Positions 1 through 10,749 of a stretch of 36,494 nucleotides of DNA are shown in pieces. The translations under genes and the position numbers were made by a program. Source of the DNA: Eledone cirrhosa (taxonomy: Eukaryota); the NCBI GenBank assembly GCA_964016885.1, contig CAXHJY010000679.1, forward strand, positions 1 to 36,494, read 5' to 3'. Numbering within the stretch: position 1 is the stretch's first letter; every line of letters starts with the position of its first letter. The notes below the pieces were generated by a model. That model worked only from the letters and a program-made list of their open reading frames with translations, searched no databases and was not told where the DNA came from.

Positions 1-60
1 AATTGTTTCTACTTTAGGCACAAGGCCAGCAATAAACCCAGTGCATTATTGGTACTTTTA
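1..60 (-). mobile_element. 3' fragment of tRNA-derived SINE
   Basis: Reverse complement matches 24360-24418, the 3' end of the full SINE copy (AAGTACCA..AATGCACTGGGT..TTGCTGGCCTTGTGCCTAAAGTAGAAACAATT). Confidence 0.85.
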
Positions 61-225
61 CGTTAGTATAGTGTCAAGATGAGTCAAACATATAGACAAA
101 CACACATATAGACTATCCCAGACACACGTACATACACACATACTGATACACCCACACGCACACATACATAAACTCACATTCACATATATATACACACACG
201 TACTGACAAGCTCATACGCACACAC

Positions 226-246
226 AAAATATATATAATATATATT

Positions 247-337
<91 letters not shown>
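226..337. repeat. (TA)n microsatellite
   Basis: Direct reading. Confidence 0.95.
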
Positions 338-523
338 GATAGAGGTGAATGATTAAGGGCAGATTAAGAAAGGAAGGGAGAATAATTGAGGGAGAGAGAA
401 TGAGAGAGATAGAGAGAGAGAGTGATTAAGAAGAAACACACACATGCATATACACATACATAGATATTAGAGGATATTTATATATTTACACACACACACA
501 TACACACACACAACACACACACA

Positions 524-587
<64 letters not shown>

Positions 588-1192
588 TGAGAGAGTAATA
601 AATAAATATAAATATATATATATATATATTTATGTATATATATATATTAAAGGAAGGGTTGGTTGATCAATTAATCGACTGACTGATGTGTAAACAGACG
701 TAAGCAATCCGCAGAGTAAAGTATCAGACGGAGTGTCAATATTATAAAGAAGAGAGACGGTTTTATGAATTCATCGTCGTACAGATTCACACATCTTTTC
801 TTAAACATAGAATAAACGCTTGCTGAAATCTCTATATACCCAACCCATTGACACTACACACATATTGACCCCAATATGAATCATAGAGAAACGTGACCAT
901 ATTTTTGGAATTAGATTGCGTTGCCAAACAGCTACGAAAATGAATAAATCAATGAATTTATCAAACTAATTCTTTAACCCATGTAAATCTTGGCGATTGA
1001 CCTACTTAGTAATTTGACATCATAGTCTAGTGAAGCTCATATTTTTAACACTGAGTAGTATCTTCCATACCTTGCTTGCATATAACCACTGTACTCTACA
1101 TCCTATGTTCACTTGTAGCCGGACAGCTTTCATCGTGTTCCAAACTACAGTGGGCATATCAAAAAGAAAAAAAACAATATTACAACTTAACA

Positions 1193-1253
1193 CCTGTCTG
1201 ATGAAAACTCGGCAAAGCAATCACTTTAATGTCTTTGAAATGCGCATAACGGG
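1193..1253 (+). ncRNA. Minimal type I hammerhead ribozyme motif
   Basis: CCTGT-CTGATGA(1198)-weak stem II-GAAA(1237)-TGCGCA-TA-ACGGG; stem I 5 bp with one G.U, palindromic stem III; stem II poorly paired. Confidence 0.65.
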
Positions 1254-1566
1254 ATTATATAATAAACGAAGGATGTATATATAAAACCATAACTCTTCTT
1301 TAAGACATATAGCTAGATAGACAGGTAGATATTGAGATAGATAGATAGATAGACAGATAGATATTGAGATGGATAGATATATAAATGTATAGTTAGATAA
1401 ATAGAAAGATGTATAGATGAATGGATGAATTTAGGCACTTAAGCAACAATTTTTGTGGGAAGAGGAAAGTCGATTATAGCTATCCAGGTAAGTTGCGAAT
1501 TTTTTTACGGCTTTTTTTCGAGGCAATATATATATTTTTTTAACGCTAAATTATTAATAACAATAT

Positions 1567-1612
1567 ACCGTATTTACCGGTCTATTGGATGCCCCTCCAC
1601 ATAAGACGCTCC
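1567..1612 (+). mobile_element. Possible terminal inverted repeat of a Tc2/pogo-like DNA transposon (single end)
   Basis: TACCGTATTTACCGG...CATAAGACGC resembles the TA-CCGTATTT..TAAGACGC ends of Tc2/pogo-type elements; no partner end found. Confidence 0.35.
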
Positions 1613-1920
1613 CTCCTTTTTATTACATTTTACGTTATATTTTGACGTTTAAAAGCATTTTTATGGACCACTCCCATTATTCGCGGTTTTTCCATCTTTG
1701 CGTGTACTCTAGAAACGTAACCCCTGCAAATAACAGGGTACTACTGTGTATGTTTCTGAGGTTAAACGACAGAATGGATACAATCTAAGGAGTCGCATAA
1801 CTGTTATCAATTAGTCAGATCTTGCCTTTTGAAACGATCAGAAAATAGATTGTCTTATTTGTTTCATGGTTCGACATTGTGTGTGCATGCGTGTGTGTAT
1901 GTATGTATGTATGTATGTAT

Positions 1921-2305
1921 GTTTTCTCTTTCACTTAATTTCGAGTATATTTTTTTGACCGGCCACCTTCCTGGTGGCAAGGTTGTAAAAGAAAAGAAAT
2001 TGTCATCCCTTGAATCGCAAGAATGTTTTGCAAATTTTGAAGGTGCCAGCTATCGCAGCCATTTGTAGACTATGAATTAGGGAGCTGCGCTTTTTGTCCG
2101 CAAATCCAAGTTCAGTGATACTTTGGTCTAAGCGGGTTGGTATATAACCCGTAGCTCCAATAATGATGAGTATGAAGCTAAAGGTGTATCTTGGATACTG
2201 GATTTGTAAACTCCTCATTAATGGTCCGTAGATGTCCTCCTTCTCCTGTATTTTTCTGACAACGTTTACATCAAGTGGGCAGCTGATCTCCACAACAGAA
2301 CACGT
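1921..2305 (-). mobile_element. 3' end of RLE-type (R4/Dong-like) non-LTR retrotransposon
   Basis: ORF 2003-2293 EISCPLD..EKEDIY..IIIGATG..LGF is the C-terminus of a restriction-like endonuclease; homologous to ORF 5326-5721; short 3' UTR abuts (TATG)n. Confidence 0.85.
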
Positions 2306-3010
2306 TTTATGTATTTATGTATATATGTATGTATGTATATATGTATGTATGTATGTATCATGTATGTGTGTATATATGTGTGTATGTATGTGTGCATGCG
2401 TGTGTGTACGTATGTATGTATTTATTTATTTATTTATGTATGTATGTATGTATGTATGTATGTATGCATGTATGTATGTGTGTGTATGTATGTATATATA
2501 TATATATGTATGTGTGTGTATGTATGTGTGTGTATATGTGTGTATGTATGTGTGCATGCGTGTGTGTACGTATGTATGTATTTATTTATTTATGTATGTA
2601 TGTATGTATGTATGTATGTATGTATGTATGTATGTATGTATGTATGTATGTATGTATGTATGTATGTATGCATGTATGTATGTATGCATGTATGTATGTG
2701 TGTGTATGTATGTATGTATATATATATATGTATGTGTGTGTATGTATGTCGGTATATATGTGTGTATGTATGTGTGTATATATGTATGTATGTGTCTATG
2801 TATGTATATATATGCATTTATGTGTGTATGTATATGTGTATGTATGCATGTATGTATTTATGTTTGTATGTATGTGTGTATGTATGTATGCATGTATGTA
2901 TGTATGTATGTATGTATGTATGTATGTATGTATGTATGTATGTATATATGTGTGTATGTATGTGTGTATGTATATATGTTAGTGTGTATGCATGTATGTA
3001 TATACATATG
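2306..3010. repeat. Compound (TATG)n/(TG)n/(TA)n microsatellite
   Basis: Direct reading; source of the spurious YVCM ORFs. Confidence 0.95.
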
Positions 3011-3169
3011 TAAACAAAAATATATATGTCGTTGTTGTAGGGTGATAGGCAATCTTGTTAAAATAAATACATTTGAAAGTGAGTGGGGGAGAGAGAGAGT
3101 GGGAGAGAGTGAGAGGGGGGAATGGGTGAGAGAGAGCACGCGAAAGAAAATGTAACGAAGACGATAACG

Positions 3170-3171
3170 AC

Positions 3172-3203
<32 letters not shown>

Positions 3204-4135
3204 GGCTGATGATGATGATGATGATGATGACGATTATGACGATAATGGTGATGGTGAGGATGATGATGATGAGTAAATTGAAGAAGACAAAGACGAGAAC
3301 GAAAAAGAAGAAGAAGAAGAAGAAGAAGAAGAAGAAGAAGATGGTAAAGAAGAAGAAGAAGAAGAAGAAGAAGAAGAAGAAGAAGAAGAAGAAGAAGAAG
3401 AAGAAGAAGAAGAAGAAGAAGAAGAAGAAGAAAAAAAAAAGAAGAAGAAGAAGAAGAAGAAGAAGAAGAAGAAGAAGAAGAAGAAGAAGAAGACGGCAAA
3501 TAAAAAGAAGAAGAAGAGGGAAGATGTAGTGAAAGAGAAAAAGGAAAGAAAAGGAAGAAGGATTAAATGTTTTGACCACCTACATTCTTCAAATTATGTT
3601 GAAATGGTGTATTGAGGAGGAGGGGTAGGAAGGAGGAGGGGTAGGAAGGAGGAGGAAGGAGGATGAGGAGGGGTAGGAGGGAGGATGAGGGGGAGGGAGG
3701 ATGAATAGCTGAGGAGGAAGAGGAAGGATGAGGAGGGAAGAGGAGGAGGAAAGTAAGAATGGATGGAAATAAAGTAGAACAGGGATGTGTAGGAGGAGGA
3801 ACATGAAGAAAAGGGCAGGAAAAGGAGGAGGAGGAGTGTAAGAGAAAGAGGTGGTTTAAGAGAAGGAGGAGAGGAAGACAAGGGGAGTTGGAGGGAAGAG
3901 AAAGAGGTGGAGGAAGATAAGGTGAGGTGGAGGAAGATAAGGGGAGGTGGAGGGGCAAGGGAAATAGGTAGAGGAAGAAGCGTTTGTGGAGGGAAGGAGA
4001 AAGAGGTTAAGGAAGATAAGAGGGGTGGAGGAAGAGGAGGAGGTTGAGAAAAATAAGGGGAGGTGGAGGAAGATAAAGGGAGGTGGAAGGTAAGGGGAGG
4101 GGAGGAAGAAGAGAAGGAGGAAGAATATAAGAGGA
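3170..4135. repeat. (GAT)n, (GAA)n and degenerate GGA/GA-rich polypurine tract
   Basis: Direct reading. Confidence 0.9.
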
Positions 4136-4392
4136 AATATTCATGGTAAAAATGGTGGCCAAAAAATGCATATATGTATAAACATGTGTAACAGAAGGTG
4201 AGAAAATACAATTTACAAAGCTTCAACAGTTAAAGAAATGTCAATATGTTTCGGTATCAAAGGGTGCCGATGGTGAGCAAGATATAGAAATTTAAGAGCA
4301 AATTCTAAAAAATAATTTATATTTCTAAATAATTACTTTGACTCTATACGAAAATATATGTCTATTGAGAAAATAGAAGTAAAATTAATACG

Positions 4393-4476
4393 CATGTATG
4401 TATGTATGTATGTATGTATGTATGTATGTATGTATGTATGTATGTATGTATGTATGTATGTATGTATGTATGTATG
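4393..4476. repeat. (TATG)n microsatellite
   Basis: Direct reading. Confidence 0.95.
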
Positions 4477-4477
4477 T

Positions 4478-5086
4478 CAGGTCACCACTTGGTGCTACTG
4501 GTAACATGTATTCCAGTACAACCTGTCCCATGGTCGGGTCGTTGGCGACTAAACTGGCAACCCCACTAAGGTTTCTTGGTGGTGAGGAGGGTGACTTTGG
4601 ACATCCTGCAGGACTAAAAACAAAACCTGTCAAAGGGCAAAGGAGCTCTTAAGAGTCAATGGCCATCCAAAATCACCGGGAGACATGACCCCTTAGCCTT
4701 TGTCAAGGCAGAATTCTAGGAGAAGGAAAACTCTGATATAACACCTGCAACCCTGATGGTATCCAATGATGTTGACTTGTTCTTCTTTTTGGTAAATATC
4801 ATCTTGGTTAAGAGAGTGGGACTGGCTTTGTGCAGTGCCTTTGCTCACTATAAAAGCTTCACGGCACAGGCATTGCTTTGTATCTGGAGATCTCTCTGCA
4901 CTTGTCGTCACATGGTGCCGTGGGCCCAGCACTATGTGTCAATAATTGTCACAGGTGTAGTGTTTGTACCAGAGTTTTCAAGTCGCTAGCTGGACTAAAA
5001 ATCACACTTGTTTAGCGCATCGGTAGGGGTTCTCCTACATGGATATAAAGTAGTGGCCGTACTCGAAAACGAGTTGGCAGCCACAA
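4478..5086 (+). mobile_element. Probable non-autonomous retroelement embedded in (TATG)n
   Basis: ~610 bp of higher-GC, non-coding sequence bounded by (TATG)n on both sides; TCTAGGAGAAGGAAAACTCTGA recalls RTE-type 5' UTRs. Confidence 0.4.
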
Positions 5087-5100
5087 TGTATGTATGTATG

Positions 5101-6543
5101 TTCTTTTGGTTTTATAATTTCACAAAGTTTTAGCAATAGAGAGAGAGTCGGTTTCTAACATAGACACAAGACTCTCACATTGGAATTTACACATCATCAA
5201 CTAGGTAGATTATGTATGCATGCATGTGTAGATATGGATCTTATTGTATGTGTGGATGTGGATGTTTTGAGTTGTATGTGTACATGGGTATATGCTTTGT
5301 CTCTGTACATGTGTATATGCAGTTATTAGATGCAACATTTTTGGAATGTTCTACATATTTTTACTGTTCTATTAATGGATTGTATTTGTAATTTCCTAAC
5401 TAGTTGTGTTCTTTCTGTTCCTGTGAAGCCTAGCTTGTCAAGATTTGTATTGAGGCAGTTACTAACATACCCCAGTGCCCCAATAATCACAGGCATAAAT
5501 CTGAAGGTGGAATCAGGGTGGAGTATCAGCAGATTTCTCATCAGTTCTGCATAAATATTTTCCTTTTCACTAATCTTTGATATTATATTGGCATCTGCTG
5601 GGCAGCTAATTTGCACTACTGTGCATGTTTGCTTCTTTCTGCCCCATATCATAATATCTGGTCTGTTATGCCTGCATTTTATTGGGTTTTTTACTGGAAC
5701 ATTCCACCAGTACTCTTTCATATTATGTACGTGTATGTCTTCAACATTGCTGTAGCTTTTAATGTGTTTATTATCGGGGCTATCTTTTTACGAACTGCAT
5801 TGTACAGTGTTTTGGCCACTACATCATGCCTCATAGGTAGATAGTACCACGATGACATCTTTGGACAGCTGATGATGACATGGGTGATATCCTGGATGTT
5901 AGTTCTGCAGAGTCCGCACTTGTTATCACATCTAAGTGTTTTTCCTGCATCCCTATCTCTTTTGTGAATCAGGTATTTCGTGTTAATCTCCTGTTCTTGG
6001 ATTGCAAAAGCGTATCCTTCAAAGTGGGATCCAATATAGCAGTTGTTGGTCCAAGATAGACTACTTTCCTTATCTATATTTCTCTCACTCTGGAGCTTCC
6101 TGGCAACATATCCATGCATGATTTTTTGCTGATAAGCATGCATGGATTCACTGCGATACTGCTGATCCACTTACCTGGGTGTGAGTTTTTCATTATCACA
6201 CAGGGAATATCTCTCGAGGAGTTCCTTCCCAACTCTCATGATCTTATCTGTTTCATGCAGATAGACTTGCTCGAGAAACGGGATCCTACGCTTCGAGGTT
6301 CGTAGATGTTGTCGGAGAGATATGATCCGACATTCAAATGTTGTCTGGACTGATGTTAGGCCTCTGCCTCCCTGCTTACGTTTCAAGTAAAAGCGGTCTA
6401 TGTCACTGTTGATGTGGAAGTTTCCGGTCTTGTTTAGTATTTTTTGAGTTCCAACATCAACTGCTCCGATTTCGTCTATCGTCCAATTAAGTATTCCAAA
6501 CGTTGGTGTTAGGACAGGCACAGCAAACACATTGTGAGCCATT
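5101..6543 (-). mobile_element. 5'-truncated, disrupted RLE-type (R4/Dong-like) LINE
   Basis: Post-RT region ([16 protein letters not shown]), CCHC knuckle CGLC..DITHVIISC, RHD motif, RLE motif HNRPDIMIW..QISCP..KENIY..IIGALG; several stops/frameshifts; 3' UTR ends at (TATG)n. Confidence 0.92.
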
Positions 6544-6554
6544 GTTTTATACGT

Positions 6555-6912
<358 letters not shown>

Positions 6913-6994
6913 GAGATAAATCTACCAAAATTAGCATATATATATGTGAAGGTATGTATATTCTCTTTGATAGTTTGTATAATTTTGTACATAG

Positions 6995-7054
6995 ATCTTT
7001 TGAAGATGCATACCAATTCTAACACATATATGTCCTAGAAACGATCGTAAAATA
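6995..7054 (+). ncRNA. Degenerate hammerhead motif
   Basis: tTGAAGA(7000; C3>T)...GAAA(7038)-CGATCG-TA-AAATA; palindrome intact, core and stems decayed. Confidence 0.35.
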
Positions 7055-7118
7055 ACGAACTTTTTTTGTTTAATATAAGGAACTGTTTCTTTGTTTATTC
7101 ATTATTTTTTTAATAATT

Positions 7119-7151
<33 letters not shown>

Positions 7152-7359
7152 ATTTATATATATGTATATATATATATATATCTTTATATATATGTGTATA
7201 TATATATATATATTTATATATATTGTTATGCTTTGGGAGGGTCATGTTGCCAATAAGAAACACACGCACCAGTTGCTTCACACCAATTTATTATAAATTA
7301 GACTTTATAAATTTCCGTTTGGTTGGTTGATTCCACAACCAGACGATTGTTCATATATT

Positions 7360-7402
7360 GTCAAAGTTCTTTCGTCACACATTCTGTGACCTCTTCAGTG
7401 AC
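7360..7402 (-). ncRNA. Hammerhead motif (inverted copy)
   Basis: Reverse complement GTCA-CTGAAGA-GGTCACAGAATGTGTGAC-GAAA-GAAC-TT-TGAC. Confidence 0.55.
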
Positions 7403-8013
7403 TGGAATAATACCCTTTTCAAAGACCTCCCTGTATAGATAAGAAATGTATAATCTGTAAACTAAGCCCCCATATTAACTGTAAAACTAGAAATGTAGTA
7501 TCAAGCATAAGATGTACTGAAGGACAATGTAGAGATAAGAATATAGTGTACATAGATGAGACAGCTCGTAGTAGAGGAGAACGGATAAATGAACACTGGC
7601 GAGAGCTTCAAGATAGTAAATAATCATCTGTACTCCACCAACATGCTAAAATAGAACACAAGGGTAAACTAGAGAACATAGAAATAAAAATAGAATCTAC
7701 ACACAGAAAAGACGCAATGTTTAGATAAATCACAGAGGCAATAAACATAAATGAACTCCAACCAAATTTAATAGAAAACATGAATGGAATAGCAACATCA
7801 CAACTTACAATTAAGGACAAAATGAAAACACACACACACATAGAACAAACAACCAACCAGTAACATGTAAATAAACAAATAAATAAACAAATATAAACAC
7901 ACACAGACACCCGGATGTAACACATGCGCAAACTAAGTACACAACACACACAAAAACAAGATGGCGTAGGACAGAACAAAGGAGAGGCACAAAAACAAAG
8001 AAAATAATCTACA

Positions 8014-8056
8014 GTCACTGAAGAGGTCACATAATGTGTGACGAAAGAACTTTGAC
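8014..8056 (+). ncRNA. Minimal type I hammerhead motif
   Basis: GTCA-CTGAAGA-g-GTCACAT aat GTGTGAC-GAAA-GAAC-TT-TGAC; stem I 4 bp, stem II 7 bp with one extra G. Confidence 0.6.
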
Positions 8057-8267
8057 AATATATGAACAATCGTCTGGTTGTGGAACCAACCACCCAACCG
8101 GAAATTCATAAATTCTTAAATTTATGAATTTAATTTATAATAAATTGGAGTGAAAGCATCTACTGGTGCGTGTGTTTCCTATTGGCAACATGACCCTCCC
8201 AAAGAATAACAATATCGGTTTCAACACACGTTTTCAGATAAAGAATCTTGCTAAACAAATTCAGAAA

Positions 8268-8312
<45 letters not shown>

Positions 8313-9227
8313 CATACATATATATTATATTGATATATAATATATGTGTATATATATATATATATATATAAATATATATGAATATATATATATACACACA
8401 CATATTAAATAGCCATATAATAGTATGGAATACAACAAGCATAACATACATTCTGTATAAAAAAAACAAAAAAAAAAACGAACACAACAGATGATACTTA
8501 GTTAACTCGACACAAACCTGATACAAATTAAAAAAAAACCAAAAAAACCCCAGAAAATAACAAAAACAATAAAAAAATTGTAAATAATATATGAACTATG
8601 AATGACAATAGAAATAACAATGCGAATATCAACAAAAGAAGCAACATTGGCAACAAAAGCAACAACAACAGCAACATCAACAATGGCAGTGGCAGTAGGA
8701 AGCTATTAGATTAATCATAAATCTAGCTATGATAATATGTCCGTTATGTGGGTGTGAGATAATTATGAAATAGTATAAACAAAAATATAGACAAGTGAAC
8801 ACACTGTATAACTATCAACCAATATCATGTTATGTAAATTAGCGAGGAAGGTGTTTCCTGCATTCTCTGGACAGAACACTTTAGTGTGAGTGTTATAACA
8901 TTATAATGTCTCTCTCTGGGTAGCGTAAAAGCAAAGATATTGGCCATATCAAGAAGACTCATTTGAAAATGTCATCCTCTCTAAATACTTGGGCTTCGAC
9001 GATAAGTGTTCGTTCAAACAACGGATCAACCTGCTCAGGGAATTAACCTGCATATGATTGAGTATTTCTCGGAGACGTGTCTCAATATGTGAGAAGGGCG
9101 GCTCGTTGAACATGAGGTACAGGGTCTGCAAACTGTTTCCATCTAGGCAATGTTATTCATAACGCATTCTTTGACTCGACATTATGGCACATCACAATTG
9201 CATATTAAGCAAAAATCAAACAGAATA

Positions 9228-9287
9228 TAAAGAGTTCACCTCACAATCATTAAGTCACGGACTTAATGATTGTGAGTGAACTCTTTA
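9228..9287. repeat. Near-perfect hairpin (28-bp arms)
   Basis: TAAAGAGTTCACCTCACAATCATTAAGTC-acg-GACTTAATGATTGTGAGTGAACTCTTTA, one bulged base. Confidence 0.9.
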
Positions 9288-9453
9288 ACCATTGGTACAT
9301 GATGCGTCCACTTCATCTTATATTGTATTTTTTATTGTCATTTTGATTATACTTGTTTTATATTTTCTTAAACGAAAATACCATTTTTATACTGAACTTC
9401 TCATTTCTGAATTCTACCGCGCGGTGGACAGTCACTACCACAAACAATTATAA

Positions 9454-9564
9454 GCTTTCTGAAGAAGTGTGATAAATAATTAAGTATTGCATATGATTGA
9501 ACAATATATATTGTAGTCAGCATATGTAGACCATTTAAATTGACACAGAAACATATGTTAAAGC
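9454..9564 (+). ncRNA. Type I hammerhead motif with extended stem II
   Basis: GCTTT-CTGAAGA(9459)-~80-nt imperfect hairpin-GAAA(9548)-CATATG-TT-AAAGC; stem I perfect 5 bp. Confidence 0.65.
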
Positions 9565-9814
9565 AAATAAATTCCTAATTTCCTTTCTCACCTAAATTTA
9601 CATTTTTCTTGGTGCAATACTTGCTTATATGATATAATCCGTGATCTCTTCTGGGCCACTATACCATATTCCCCTGCTTGGATATTTATGCCATACGATT
9701 CAAAGATACCGCCGAGTCAAATTCTCTGGTAAGCAGTTTTCTTGTTTAAGTATTCATCACTGATATACATAGACAAAACCTTACCTAGCCTCATATATAT
9801 ATATATATATATAT

Positions 9815-10162
9815 ATAGGAATATTAAACAATGAAATTAAACACAAAACTGTTAATTCATAGTAAAACTCATTATTTTACGACCGTTTCTTACTATGATA
9901 TTTTGTAATATGTTTTACATAGATCAACAATTGAATGAATATGCAGGGAACTACCCCCCAGAAACGGTCGTAAAATAATGAGTTTTACTATGAATTAACA
10001 GTTTTGTGTTTAATTTCATTGTTTTAATATTCCTATTTTGACTCTGTATCCAATTGAATTATATCGTTGAAAATTTTTATATTTTACACTTTGCCTCACG
10101 ACATCTACATACGGATTACATTGAGTTCTTCGTACGGGTTAGACCCTACCATTGAGTGGTAG

Positions 10163-10165
<3 letters not shown>
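9815..10165 (+). mobile_element. Short PLE-derived insertion with 76-bp inverted arms and tail, in (TA)n
   Basis: 9815-9890 is the reverse complement of 9960-10036; arms start at the HHR 3' half GAAA-CGGTCG-TA-AAATA; tail 10037-10165. Confidence 0.7.
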
Positions 10166-10233
<68 letters not shown>

Positions 10234-10260
10234 TATATATATATATCATATATATATATG

Positions 10261-10313
<53 letters not shown>

Positions 10314-10749
10314 TATATATATGCAATACCTATTTCTCAATCAATACTCTATTATCACGCAAGGATTGGTGAAGGAGGTGAAAGAGAAATAAATTCTGAC
10401 GCACCAAAGATTTGTCAAAGGAAATTATTTTACTTTGGTAGAAATATTCTTCTGAAAATATATGACTCACTTATCCTATAAGCTATCATAAAATTCTAAA
10501 AGATGGTGCTTTCTCCCCCACCCCCTCTCTCTCTCTCTCTCGATATATTTTTATATATATATATAATTGTTTCAGTGATCTTGTATGCACAACAAAGTTG
10601 AGCTAGCATCCGAGTCGCATCTAAGAGGTGAAGTACATTGTTCAACCAGACAGCTTACTAAGGCAGGTTCAATTCCTGAGTGGAGTGTTTCTTACATCTA
10701 ATTTACTGATAACAGATTGGAATTTCTTCTTCTATCCTGGTCATTCATT

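Larger units (their letters stand above)
7221..8270 (+). mobile_element. Non-coding PLE-derived insertion with ~190-bp inverted arms and tail, in (TA)n
   Basis: 7221-7404 is a diverged reverse complement of 8012-8214; unpaired tail 8215-8270; TA tracts on both sides; HHR in each arm. Confidence 0.75.

Noticed and set aside
2232-4226. Long ORFs rich in YVCM, poly-K/R/L/F/H and P/S
   Set aside because: Translations of TATG, GAA, GAT and GGA microsatellites
4481-4630. HDV-like ribozyme at the 5' end of the insert (GGTCACC/GGTGACT P1 candidate, hairpin + CTAA)
   Set aside because: Could not assemble P3/L3 with a valid P1.1 pseudoknot by eye
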